From NCBI GenBank assembly GCA_002269645.1, contig NIVC01000684.1:62001-126000 (forward strand): a stretch of 64,000 bases of DNA, written 5' to 3'. The DNA comes from Macrostomum lignano. Taxonomy: Eukaryota. Below, in pieces: positions 11,059 through 21,346 of this stretch; within the stretch, counting starts at the first letter, position 1; every line of letters begins with the position of its first letter. Below the pieces are notes generated by a model that saw nothing but the letters and a program-made list of their open reading frames with translations, made no database searches and was not told the origin of the DNA. The translations under genes and the position numbers were made by a program.

Positions 11059-11463
11059 AGAGAGAGAAGAGTTTTTATTCAACAAAAAATCTTGCTGGCA
11101 GCCCCAGCGAAAAAGCTCGTACAATACATCGTGGTCCGACGCGACCTGCAGGAGACTCTGGGCTGGCCATCGGGCGCCGTGATGGCCCAAGCGTGCCACG
11201 CTGCAACCGCTGCAATTCACCTGTTCTATTCGAATCCAGACACAGAGGCCTACCTGGCCGATCTAGATCGAATGCATAAAGTAGTGCTCGATGCTAGCAG
11301 CGAAGCTGAATTGACTAGCCTGTCGCAGACTCTGACTGCTAACGGTGTTGAGCACAAATTGTGGATTGAGCAGCCAGAGAATTACCCCACCGCTTTGGCT
11401 GTACGACCGTACAATAAAACTGATGTGCAGGCTTTGTTTAAACAGTTTAAAATGCTTAAGTAG
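11059..11463 (+). CDS. PTRHD1: Putative peptidyl-tRNA hydrolase PTRHD1 (Pth2 family); no in-frame ATG before the conserved domain, start probably supplied by splicing at acceptor 11058
   Basis: LVQYIVVRRDL..WPSGAVMAQACHAATAA..YLADLDRMHKVVL..HKLWIEQPENYPTALAVRPY..LFKQFKMLK matches human PTRHD1 along its length. A T-rich acceptor (ttgttttttaccag) ends at 11058 in phase 0. Confidence 0.88.
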   Translation, partial: RERRVFIQQKILLAAPAKKLVQYIVVRRDLQETLGWPSGAVMAQACHAATAAIHLFYSNPDTEAYLADLDRMHKVVLDASSEAELTSLSQTLTANGVEHKLWIEQPENYPTALAVRPYNKTDVQALFKQFKMLK

Positions 11464-12539
11464 ATTTTGACTCTCAGTAACTGTCTGACAAAGCATTTCG
11501 GAGCCATTTAGGCCAAATTTCTGGCTTGAACATGTAACCATCTTCTTGTCTTGTGTATCTTTATTGATTTTTCGAAGCCAATCAAGATGGTCTTGTGTCT
11601 TTACGCCGTTCCAATAATATTATAAGTGATCATGACTGCACCCTGTGACAACACCTTCGCAATCAGCGGTGAGGCCAACTCTGCCCATTCAACTGACTCT
11701 GAGCACATACAAGCACGCCAATACTGTACGCAGGCATTCGATCCCGGTCATTCCTTTGTACGAGCTATAGTGGACAAATCGACAAGTTATTTATGGGTTA
11801 TCGATTGCAGGCAGTTTGAACCGGAGCTGTATTTCCTCAGTGCAGCCTTGCTAAGCCTCCAAATTTCATCAGCACGTCGACCATGTGTCTGCATCAGCTC
11901 TGACTTTGTTGTTCACTGGATTTCACCCAGGCGGAGCTTCCTGGACCTTCAACAGGTGGCACCAGGTGACTATGGACACCCGAACCCGATGAGCTAGAAT
12001 TTCTCTAGTTTCGCTGAGCAAGCCTCGACAGTAGGCATATGCTTTTTCTGAGATGTCTACTGCAGAATTAACTACCATGACTTGTCATGCTGCACCTACT
12101 GGTTGACACTTTTGACACGTGATTTTCTAGCACACAATAGTGCCTAGTGTTACTCTCTAGCTATCCTTAATTTGCGCTCAAAATCTTCAGTTGTGAGGTT
12201 TCGACAGCTTTTGACAGCATTTAAATTCGTTCAAGACTCGTTAGAACACGTTTTTAAGAAACCAGAAGTGCAACAGGTCTACACAACCTAGTCTTCCCGT
12301 CTTGAAGTTTTACAAAATTGCTTGAATTGAATATATATTGGGTCTAATATCCGTTTCGTCTGATATATTGGTTTATATACAGTGTACTCGGCAACATTAC
12401 ACTGTACTCGGTCACCAGTCCGCTAGTAAGCAACTTTTCTTGGATCTCCTTTGCAAGTTGCACAACTCACACTTTACACCGCGGGGCATACGACTACATG
12501 TAGCTACATTACGTAATCGAGGTCTACTCAAGTTGGAGG

Positions 12540-12884
12540 GGAAACAAAATATAAGCTTATTGGAAAATATTAGCAGGCAGGTTTTGCTGAAAAATACATT
12601 TACGGAAATAGTTTTTAATTTTTGCAGCACAAATATTTGTTATTGCTATTTTGATATAACGGAGACCAAGTGTTCATCTTTTGATATGTATTGCCTTTCA
12701 ATTCTCATAGCACTATTGATAATTCATAGAGCTTTTTGTTTAAAAATAAGGATTCTATGTTAGATTTTGTTAAATGAAAAAATAATTGTAAAATAAAAAT
12801 TGAAAGCCCCATATCTAAGTAATGTTTTTTTTTCAGTAAAACCTGCCTCCTAAAATATTCTAAGAAACGTAGCTTACGTCCTAC
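12540..12884. mobile_element. Diverged copy of the palindromic MITE family
   Basis: Right end CGTCCTAC followed by TTAA (12885-12888); internal TGTTCATCTTTTGATATG core as at 7760 and 26868. Confidence 0.6.
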
Positions 12885-13409
12885 TTAAGCAGTTCTTGTA
12901 CGTACTCACCATGCTGAGCAATTGGTCTAATACAAAAATAAAGATGCTATCGTTTATTCCGTTTTGCAGTTTTGTAAACCTGACTAGCAACATTCGAAAT
13001 AAAATTTATTTGTTTATTTCACAAATTATTTCACAAAGTCCTTAGTTACGAGTGGGTCCGAGAGAGAAGTTACTGGCGCAATCAAAGGGTGTGATGACTT
13101 TTCAATTTTGCTGAGTACTCGTATGTGACATGTAAAAATATGTGACATATACACATGTTTCTACATGCATAGGTTAGTCGGAACATTAAATTCGGCAGTC
13201 TCTGATCTTGTGCTTGTGCGAGCTACTGTTTATGAGTAGATCACTGATTGTTTCTTAGTCTATGGAAAAGAGCTGCAGTCCGCCCCTGTAGAAGAAATCT
13301 ACTTATTAAGCACTATTCGCACAAGTCTGACTTGGCTAAGCTTCTAACCTCAGCGACTGCTGGGGGTTCTTTAGCATTTGCATGACTTAAAGAAAGCAAA
13401 TGGTTCATC

Positions 13410-16400
13410 ATGGAAGCGATGACAGATCTGATCAAAGCGGACCACGATTCTAAAGAGGAGACGAAGCGGAACATTCTGCTAGAAACTTTCGACAGCATTC
13501 GAGATGACTTACGCCGCGGCACTCACTTATTTGCTATCAAAGTTAGAGTCGTTAGCGGCAGACAGATCCAAGGCAGCAACATATCGCCCAAGGTTTGCAT
13601 CCTGTTCAAAAAGCAGAAGCGATGGACACAGCGTGATACCAACTCTACTAACGAGCCGTTCTGGGGCGAAAACTTCTATTTCAACTGCGTGACCGATGTC
13701 GAAGACTTGCTCCGTGAAAATGTCACCTTTCGCGTTGTTAACAGTAGAGTACTTCGTCGCAATCTGGTGATTGGTGAGTTCCAGCTCAGCTTGGTCCTGG
13801 TTGCGGGGGAGAAAAGTCGCTCGATGTTCAATCGCTGGCTCGCTTTAGTAGACCAGAATGACCCCAGCTCAGTTTGCAAAGGGTTTCTCAAGATTTGCGT
13901 GGCTCTAATCTTTCCTAACGAACAAGAAGTTCATTGGCCTGACCCTTTGGCCTTTGATTCTGTCAAAGAGGACACGGAAGTCTCGGTACTTACATGTTCT
14001 GGACATCAATTTCTCAAAATGACATTCATAATGGCCGTCTACCTTATGCAAGACATTCCTAGGTACGATTTCAAAGGTCGAAAAGTCACCGATGTAGCAA
14101 TCGCCCTATCATTTGCTGGCAATACAGTGACATCAGAGCCACTTTCTCTACCGGATGAGATTGTGTCCGAGCCATACCAGATTAAAAAAGAGCTCAGACT
14201 GACGATATCCTGGCCATCAATGTGCGATAAAATTATCCTGACTCTTCTGTCTGTCAGTGGGAAGGAGTACTGTCCATTGTGTAGTCACACCTTTTTTGTT
14301 CGCGACATTGCTGTGGAGAGCTACAGCTCCTTAAAGCATAATGTGCGCCCCGGAATGCCACAGGTGGAGAATGAGCTCCATTTAGAGACCAACAAGAATC
14401 CAAAAGGCACAAAAAATGCCCGCAAGCCTGTTTTCGTTCAGAAGAGGAAAGACAAAAAAGAGGGCTTTATGCCAATGATTGGACCTTGCTTTGTTAACAT
14501 GTACGGTGCTCCGCTAGACCTAATGGAGGACAAAGTTGAGCCCGGCTACATTGAGAGTCTCAACTCCGGTGTTATTGAAGGATGTGCCTATCGAGGTCGA
14601 ATGTTCGTGCGACTGCAAAGCGAATTCTGCGACTCAACCAACGAGGCTACAGATGTGAAAGATCTCTACATTGGAACCAAAGAACAAAGAGATTTGTTAT
14701 CATTTGCAAAGTCCAACACATTCCTTCTGTTCGGAATGATCAGCTCTGTCCCAATGATTAGCGATGCTAAAAGTGCAATGCAGTTCGAGGTTTCCATCGG
14801 GCACAACGGTCTCAACAGCTTGAGCCCGGTGACGCACGCGCATCCATTTCCGTCCACTTCATTTTGCGCAAATCCCAAAGAGATTTTAAAGACGCAGCGC
14901 ATTCTCAGCGGGCATTCGTACTCAACGCTTAGCTTAGACAACGGCAAGCCGGCCTTCCTCGTTGAGAGTACCTGGGAGGACATCCGCTATCGTATACACT
15001 TTTACAACTTCATTCTCTTTCTTGAGAATAAGTGGGAGAAGAAGAAAAACCCCATTTTGATGAGCTACAAGCTCGGTCTTTGCAGGAGGCGCACTCTTAA
15101 TTCCATTCGACACATTTGCCATGAGATGATTCAGCACGTCGATTCAGCGCATATCCCTACCAATTCATCGAATGAAGCTGGTTTGAACGACATGGACCGG
15201 AGTTGGCGAGGCATTCGTGAACAACAGATCAATAACATTAAAAAGAAGCTGAGTGCTTTGCACAATTGCGCATTGTCTTACTCGACAAGTAGTCTCAGTG
15301 AAATAGCCAAAGTTGCGCGAATCTTGTGCGAGAGACTGCCGGATGTTTCTTTACTGCTGGACAATATTAAAAAGGAACCACAGCTCAGCATTCCAGACGT
15401 TTTCATTTACCTGCTGGTAAATAATGAGCGTAGGGCGTACGCCCGTCTGCCAGTATCCAGCATCTACTACTGCCAGGCCGACGCTGTGCAAAGCAATCCA
15501 GTCGACTCGATGAATAATTCGAACGTTGACTATACATATTATCGTGGCTCTGCTGCGAATCGAATGATGACCGTATTCCTCAAGATGATACCCGGCCTGC
15601 GAGGCTTCAACGAGGACGAGTACTGGCCTCTTCCGGGCATGATACGAATGAAGCTACTGTTTGGCCTGGCCTCTACCATGCGCAATGGTGTTTTGCCACC
15701 AGTCGACTATTATGGAGTAATCTACGAGTACACAAAATTGAGTGGCTTTATGGATTCTCTATGCTCCGGCTCTCAGAAGAACGATTCAATAACCTTCAAA
15801 ACAGATTCGTCGGGTATCAATATTGTCGAATCGTCGTGCAGCCTTTTAAAGTCTAAGCCCACTCAGGACCGAGACAGTAGCAAGACAAGCTGGCGATGGA
15901 AAGGTAACTGGACAACATGGCTTGACACATCCGTAGTAGTAAGCTCAACCGCCGAGACTGCTTTCGATTTCGTCTATATGGTTCACATGCGAGATAAAGC
16001 GAAAGAAATGAAGGACAGCTTGCCAGAGTGGAAGTTCATTGGCTACTTTACAGAGGAAATGGATCGCATTGTCGCGGCTGGCAATCAGTTGGACAAAAAC
16101 TTCGCTATGGACACGAAAAAGTGGACTGTGATTCTAGAGAAGAATCCTATAACTGGTCAAGAACTAGGCTGGATAGAAGTGCATGGCTCCGAAGAATATT
16201 GCAAAGATATTCACTTCTGCGAGAAAGACATCAGCACGACTGTCCGGCTTGACAGCAATTTTGCTAGGAAGTTGCTCCAGAGAAAGCGTCGACGCAATGA
16301 CATTGTCTTCACCGAGTCTATCACCCTGACCTACAGTAAGCTGCGCAACGGTAATTGGAGTGTGTCACGAGTCTGCCGATTCGACGGTTGGAAGAACATA

Positions 16401-19400
16401 ATGGACTTGGACAAGGAGGCTATTCGATGCTGGAACCATATGCAGAACTTGGCGCCAATGTCGTTAGACTTGCCTGTGCACTTAGCAACGGACGATTTGC
16501 GAACTACTGGTGGTGACAGCGAGTACATACAGGACTCTCATAGTTTGAAGACGTTCACCTGGATTGACGACTGGCAACAGCTGATGTTGCCACGGATCAA
16601 AGACGATCGATTCGTAGACATCGTTTTTGAAAGGCGGAAGATTCTTTGCGATATTATCAACAAAGAAGTCGACTCTTTGAACGGCAATAATGAAGAATTT
16701 CAGCGCTGGTCGGAATTCAGCAGCTCCGTAACTGACGGGATATTTCATCTCAACCAACAGAAAGGCGATCGGGTCAAGCGGATTCGTAAGCGCCGTCTGA
16801 TTGAACCAACTGAAGTGAGCCTGAGCTTGCAGTCCACTAAGCGGGACAGCGTTGTCAAGCTGGCTCCTTATCCATCGTTTACTGTGCAGCGCCGAGTTGG
16901 CAAGAAGTCGCGCCTTTGCTGCCTGTTTGACAGTATCGAGCATATTCCAACGCCTATAACAGTGACGGCTGTTGTGAACACCCAATACATTAGCCGATGG
17001 GAGATGCGCTGCTACTTTCACGAAGCCAGGGATCTTGCTATTGCCGAGGACAAAAACCAGCTGTACCTGTACGCTATTCTGAGCATTTCTGGCTCAAGCG
17101 CCGCTACATCAATAATAAAAAATGATTTCCACACGCAGCTGTGGCGTTGGAATGAAACAATCATTTTTCGCAATCTGGTGTTTCACGAACACGAGGACCA
17201 GGTGTTCGCTTCCCCGCCAATGATGGTCATTGAATTCTTTCGCAAGTTGCCAATACACAACGATATGTTTCTCGGCAGGTGCATCATTGACTCCGACAAC
17301 TTTGTTGTGCAGTTGGAGAACGAGAGGCACACAGAGGACCAGCTTCCTGTGCTGCAGTGGTACAAGGTTCACCTGAGAGGAATTGAAGATGCTGGCTGCG
17401 TTCTAGCAGGATTTCACTTTCGCTGCCTCAACACTCTGAGACCTTCCAACAAAATATTCGAGAACTCGATCCTCACACCACCGGAGAAAAACATGGAAGA
17501 ATTATTTAAACAGGACAGAGTGGTCCTGGATAACCGCAAACGATTTGAGATCCCAGCTGAGATCTTGCCTGTTCTTGTGCCTCATGTGCTGAAGATAACA
17601 TCGTGGGGCTTAAGAGAGCTTCGCAAGTACATGCTTTCCCGAGTAAGCAATCCTACAATCGAATTTCGTGTTGGGCACAATGTTCTTCAAACAGAAACTC
17701 TAAAATACGATAAGAGTCCAACCTTTGTGAATAGGTCTCATTCTATGCTAATCTACCTGCCTCTAGAAGTTTCCTATCTGCCTGAGCTCTTCATGGTGGT
17801 TAGAGATTCTCGCGCTTTTGGTCGCGCTCCGCTCATCGGCATGACGCGCATTCCGCTTCACAAGTGTCGGTTTAAAGACTCTGCTCAATTAGATGAGCTT
17901 GAACCGGACGAGATTAACTTTTTCATCGACACCATGTGCGGTAACATCCGGTCAACTTCGAATACTGAAAGCACCTACGACTCCCTGCGCATGCCGATTA
18001 AAGTGGACTTTTCGCGCGAGTTCTTCTTTCTATTTGAGCCACCATCGCAGCTGGCTTTTCGGCGTAACTTCCGGACCGACGAATACGATCCAGTACTTAA
18101 AAAGTATGAGGAGAAGCCAACAATTTTTCGTCAGCTAAAAGGTGCTCTATTCAACTTGTTTCTATCCAGTGGTGATCAAAAAGTCATCGAAGACTCCCAG
18201 TCCGCTAACATTGACTATAAGATGGTTATAGGCGACGAGACCTTGTCCAAGACGAAGCCGGATTGGTGGTGCAAATACTATCTATCCAAGACAAATAGCC
18301 TGGCGAAGGCGATCAACTATCTAGAAGGTGACAAACTTGAGTTCTACTATACAAAACTGGAAAACGCTGTTGTTGAAATCGGAGAAACAAGCAGCTACTT
18401 TTATAATCAAAATAGGTACATGAAAGTTTGCCAAATGCTTACCAGCGAACTAACGGCCGAACCGCTAAACGAAGAGAATTGTTTCCTTAGTAGGGAAAAT
18501 CGGGAAGAGAGCCGAAGTCGATTATATCAAGTTCAGTACAACGGATTTGAGGACGTTTTTGAGTCGATAAATCTAATGCGCTGCAACCAGATGACATCCG
18601 ATGAGGAAAATCGAGTTTGCGGTATTTTCCTAGGGAAAGTCCGCCTCTACTACCTGGGCGCCCTAGTTGATCCTTATCAAGTAGAAGAAGCAATGGAGCA
18701 GCTGTACCGAACGAAGACGCAACAAAACGTGCTACCGTATACTCAACTACACGGCACAGTGCCGAAAGAAGCTAATCGACAGGACTGCCTTGTTCGTGTC
18801 TACGTTGTTCGAGCTCTGGAACTTCAAGCTGGCAACATGTCTAGTCTGCCAAATTCGTACATTGAAGTGTTCATGGCGGACAACAAGAAGGAGACGCAAC
18901 TTAGCAGCAGCAAGGCAAATTCTATTGAGATGGACAGCAACCCGGTGTACGGCCGCATGTTCGAACTTTACTGCATCGTGCCGTTTCAAACTCGGCTTCG
19001 AGTTCGGATAATGGACAAGTCTACGTTTTTATTCGACGAAGAGATTGGTTCTACAACCATCGACTTGGAGAAGCGCATGACAACCATCTACCGGAGCACT
19101 TGCGGTCTGCCGCAGTGCTATCGCCAGGCCGGTGTCAACGCGTGGCGCGACATGGACAAGCCCAGCGAGATTCTTAGTCAAGTTTGTCGCCGATTTCGTC
19201 TAGAGGAGCCTCATTTTTATACGGAGAACGATATAGACGAGGGTTCTGACAATGGCCAAGTAATGGACGAAACAAAGCTACTGCACCGATACCTCGTATT
19301 TCCACCAGGGTGTCCCAAAGAGCCTTACAAGAATCGAGGTAGATATAGTCGGTATAGTCAACTCTTGGATGACATTGACGGAATGACGGCAAATGTGCTA

Positions 19401-20867
19401 CCCATGCCAACTGGCGATTCATCAGATGGGGACGTTCCTCCAAATATGCCGCAACCACAAGATCTAGTAGCTAGCTCCGCTTTCAATGAAGTACTTAATC
19501 GACGAAAGGGCAACAACAATGATAATGCCGTTGTTGAAGACAGCTCTATAGGTAACGAAAACAATTTTGAGCAAGCTCCTCTTCTTGAAAGAATCAAAGA
19601 GCGGGTTGAGCATGAGAGGAATTCAATGCCGAAACCTGCTCCAAGTACATTTAGACTGGAGGACTTTGACACAATCAATGAGATCCGTGGAATTCATCTG
19701 GGTCCAAGCGACCTGGAGCCGGAGATTTGTCGCGAACGCCTCGCGCTTAACATTCTACGTCGGTTGCCATTAGTAAGAGAGCACGTGGAAACCCGTCCTC
19801 TATACAGTCCTCTGCAGCCTGATATTGAGCAAGGTCGTCTAGAGATGTGGGTCGACATCTTCAGCCTAAGCGGTTTGAAGAACGACGAAGAATTATCCGC
19901 TACAGACCAAGACAACAAGCAGCTAAAAGCGGAGGAGATGATTTCAAAGTTGCGAGAACTTCTACCCCCGCCTGTTGACATTTCACCCAGAGATCCGCAG
20001 CCGTACGAATTGCGCGTAGTTGTCTGGAGTGTACACGACGTTATCAGCGAGACTGACTACGGCGCTGCATGCACAGGTGATTTGTACGTTCGTGCTTGGA
20101 TGGAGGGCCTCGGCGATACACAAGAAACTGACGTGCACTACAACTCTCTGGATGGCGAGGGCGAGTTCAATTGGCGCTTCGTGTTCCAGCTGGACTATCT
20201 TCCGCACGAGCGAACCATCTGCGGCAAGCAGAAGGTCAGCTTGTTCAATAGAATCCTCACCAAGATACCGCCGATGCTGCACCTGCAACTGTGGGACAAT
20301 CGCCGATTCCGATTCGATGATTTCATTGGCAGCGTTGAGGTGGACTTGTCTAAGCTGGCCGCGCCAACCCGCACGAAGGACAGTTGCTTCATGCGCCAAC
20401 GCTGGGGCATGGACATCGGCATGATGGACCAACCGATGCCGGCTATTAACAAAACAGACGACACTGTCAACCTGTTCGAGGTGCAACGCGTCTACGGCTA
20501 CTGGCCATTGTGCACGTCAAAGTCTCACGAGCTTAGCGACAACAAATCCGGCGCGTGGATGGTTGGCAAGCTGCTGATGGAGCTGGAGATGCTATCTAAG
20601 GAGGAGGCCACGCTCAAGCCAGCAGGTCTGGGACGCGGCGAGCCTAATCAGAACCCTCATCTGCCCGATCCCAAGCGGCTGTCCATCGGCAACAGTTTTC
20701 TAGCCACTTCGCTGGCCGCATTTCGCAAGATATTCTGGCCGAACTACAAATGGTACTGCATTGGCGGTGTGCTAATGATAATATTCGTGGCCCTGCTCGT
20801 TGTCGTCATTGTTACTACGCCAATAACTACTTTGACTGGCAGTGATGCTGCCAAACCAATCGGTTGA
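13410..20867 (+). CDS. Ferlin family multi-C2 tail-anchored protein, single 7.46-kb ORF, 2485 aa; begins at C2B (no C2A), with degenerate DysF-like region
   Basis: C2B (KVRVVSGRQIQG..STNEPFWGENFYF..FNRWLALVD..KGFLKICVAL); EGFMPMIGPCFVNMYG; FerB EPQLSIPDVFIYLLVNNERRAYARLP; Trp-rich and Arg-cluster DysF-like segments; C2E LVRVYVVRA; C2F YELRVVVW..DLYVRAWM..QETDVHYNSLDGEGEFNWRFVF; GRGEPN; C-terminal transmembrane helix WYCIGGVLMIIFVALLVVVIV. In-frame TGA at 13383 closes the frame upstream. Confidence 0.95.
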   Translation: MEAMTDLIKADHDSKEETKRNILLETFDSIRDDLRRGTHLFAIKVRVVSGRQIQGSNISPKVCILFKKQKRWTQRDTNSTNEPFWGENFYFNCVTDVEDLLRENVTFRVVNSRVLRRNLVIGEFQLSLVLVAGEKSRSMFNRWLALVDQNDPSSVCKGFLKICVALIFPNEQEVHWPDPLAFDSVKEDTEVSVLTCSGHQFLKMTFIMAVYLMQDIPRYDFKGRKVTDVAIALSFAGNTVTSEPLSLPDEIVSEPYQIKKELRLTISWPSMCDKIILTLLSVSGKEYCPLCSHTFFVRDIAVESYSSLKHNVRPGMPQVENELHLETNKNPKGTKNARKPVFVQKRKDKKEGFMPMIGPCFVNMYGAPLDLMEDKVEPGYIESLNSGVIEGCAYRGRMFVRLQSEFCDSTNEATDVKDLYIGTKEQRDLLSFAKSNTFLLFGMISSVPMISDAKSAMQFEVSIGHNGLNSLSPVTHAHPFPSTSFCANPKEILKTQRILSGHSYSTLSLDNGKPAFLVESTWEDIRYRIHFYNFILFLENKWEKKKNPILMSYKLGLCRRRTLNSIRHICHEMIQHVDSAHIPTNSSNEAGLNDMDRSWRGIREQQINNIKKKLSALHNCALSYSTSSLSEIAKVARILCERLPDVSLLLDNIKKEPQLSIPDVFIYLLVNNERRAYARLPVSSIYYCQADAVQSNPVDSMNNSNVDYTYYRGSAANRMMTVFLKMIPGLRGFNEDEYWPLPGMIRMKLLFGLASTMRNGVLPPVDYYGVIYEYTKLSGFMDSLCSGSQKNDSITFKTDSSGINIVESSCSLLKSKPTQDRDSSKTSWRWKGNWTTWLDTSVVVSSTAETAFDFVYMVHMRDKAKEMKDSLPEWKFIGYFTEEMDRIVAAGNQLDKNFAMDTKKWTVILEKNPITGQELGWIEVHGSEEYCKDIHFCEKDISTTVRLDSNFARKLLQRKRRRNDIVFTESITLTYSKLRNGNWSVSRVCRFDGWKNIMDLDKEAIRCWNHMQNLAPMSLDLPVHLATDDLRTTGGDSEYIQDSHSLKTFTWIDDWQQLMLPRIKDDRFVDIVFERRKILCDIINKEVDSLNGNNEEFQRWSEFSSSVTDGIFHLNQQKGDRVKRIRKRRLIEPTEVSLSLQSTKRDSVVKLAPYPSFTVQRRVGKKSRLCCLFDSIEHIPTPITVTAVVNTQYISRWEMRCYFHEARDLAIAEDKNQLYLYAILSISGSSAATSIIKNDFHTQLWRWNETIIFRNLVFHEHEDQVFASPPMMVIEFFRKLPIHNDMFLGRCIIDSDNFVVQLENERHTEDQLPVLQWYKVHLRGIEDAGCVLAGFHFRCLNTLRPSNKIFENSILTPPEKNMEELFKQDRVVLDNRKRFEIPAEILPVLVPHVLKITSWGLRELRKYMLSRVSNPTIEFRVGHNVLQTETLKYDKSPTFVNRSHSMLIYLPLEVSYLPELFMVVRDSRAFGRAPLIGMTRIPLHKCRFKDSAQLDELEPDEINFFIDTMCGNIRSTSNTESTYDSLRMPIKVDFSREFFFLFEPPSQLAFRRNFRTDEYDPVLKKYEEKPTIFRQLKGALFNLFLSSGDQKVIEDSQSANIDYKMVIGDETLSKTKPDWWCKYYLSKTNSLAKAINYLEGDKLEFYYTKLENAVVEIGETSSYFYNQNRYMKVCQMLTSELTAEPLNEENCFLSRENREESRSRLYQVQYNGFEDVFESINLMRCNQMTSDEENRVCGIFLGKVRLYYLGALVDPYQVEEAMEQLYRTKTQQNVLPYTQLHGTVPKEANRQDCLVRVYVVRALELQAGNMSSLPNSYIEVFMADNKKETQLSSSKANSIEMDSNPVYGRMFELYCIVPFQTRLRVRIMDKSTFLFDEEIGSTTIDLEKRMTTIYRSTCGLPQCYRQAGVNAWRDMDKPSEILSQVCRRFRLEEPHFYTENDIDEGSDNGQVMDETKLLHRYLVFPPGCPKEPYKNRGRYSRYSQLLDDIDGMTANVLPMPTGDSSDGDVPPNMPQPQDLVASSAFNEVLNRRKGNNNDNAVVEDSSIGNENNFEQAPLLERIKERVEHERNSMPKPAPSTFRLEDFDTINEIRGIHLGPSDLEPEICRERLALNILRRLPLVREHVETRPLYSPLQPDIEQGRLEMWVDIFSLSGLKNDEELSATDQDNKQLKAEEMISKLRELLPPPVDISPRDPQPYELRVVVWSVHDVISETDYGAACTGDLYVRAWMEGLGDTQETDVHYNSLDGEGEFNWRFVFQLDYLPHERTICGKQKVSLFNRILTKIPPMLHLQLWDNRRFRFDDFIGSVEVDLSKLAAPTRTKDSCFMRQRWGMDIGMMDQPMPAINKTDDTVNLFEVQRVYGYWPLCTSKSHELSDNKSGAWMVGKLLMELEMLSKEEATLKPAGLGRGEPNQNPHLPDPKRLSIGNSFLATSLAAFRKIFWPNYKWYCIGGVLMIIFVALLVVVIVTTPITTLTGSDAAKPIG

Positions 20868-21346
20868 CTCTCAATGAGCAAGCGTCAAATATGCTGAATA
20901 CTAAATATGATTGACTAACTTTAAGCTATAATTACTCACCTCTAACTTGATAGAAGCGTATCCCTAATTACTTCCACGCTTGCGCTTCAGTTTGATTATT
21001 GTTATTAATTATAATTTCTTTCCAACTGTCACACAACACCAACTAGCTAGCTGCAACTAATTCATACTAGAAAGCAGTTTTAAATTGACAGAACAATAAA
21101 CAAGATGAATGCGATTGTATAACAACTGAAAAAGTACACGGATTCCGAGCTGTTTTTCAGATTTTATTTTTAATTACTTTGTTAATAATCATTATTTTAA
21201 TATCAAAGTTATACTTTAGGTTAGTAATGCGTCTATAGTTACGAATGCTGATTATTAATAAATTTTGCAAACAGGCAAGCCATTAAGATTTAATAGTAGT
21301 TCATGTTTACGAAAACAGAAGTATTCTGTTTGAACATGTTCCTTAT

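Noticed and set aside
9091-11220. Long ORFs (709, 541, 453 aa etc.) rich in S/P/L or R/E/G
   Set aside because: They are translations of the purine minisatellite; a strand almost without T cannot contain stop codons.
11790-12010. GC-richer segment with a minus-strand peptide RRADEIWRLSKAALRKY, vaguely transposase-like
   Set aside because: Interrupted by stops and too short to assign by eye.
13504-20486. Many short antisense or alternative-frame ORFs over the ferlin
   Set aside because: Expected shadow ORFs of a long coding region; none has a recognisable domain.
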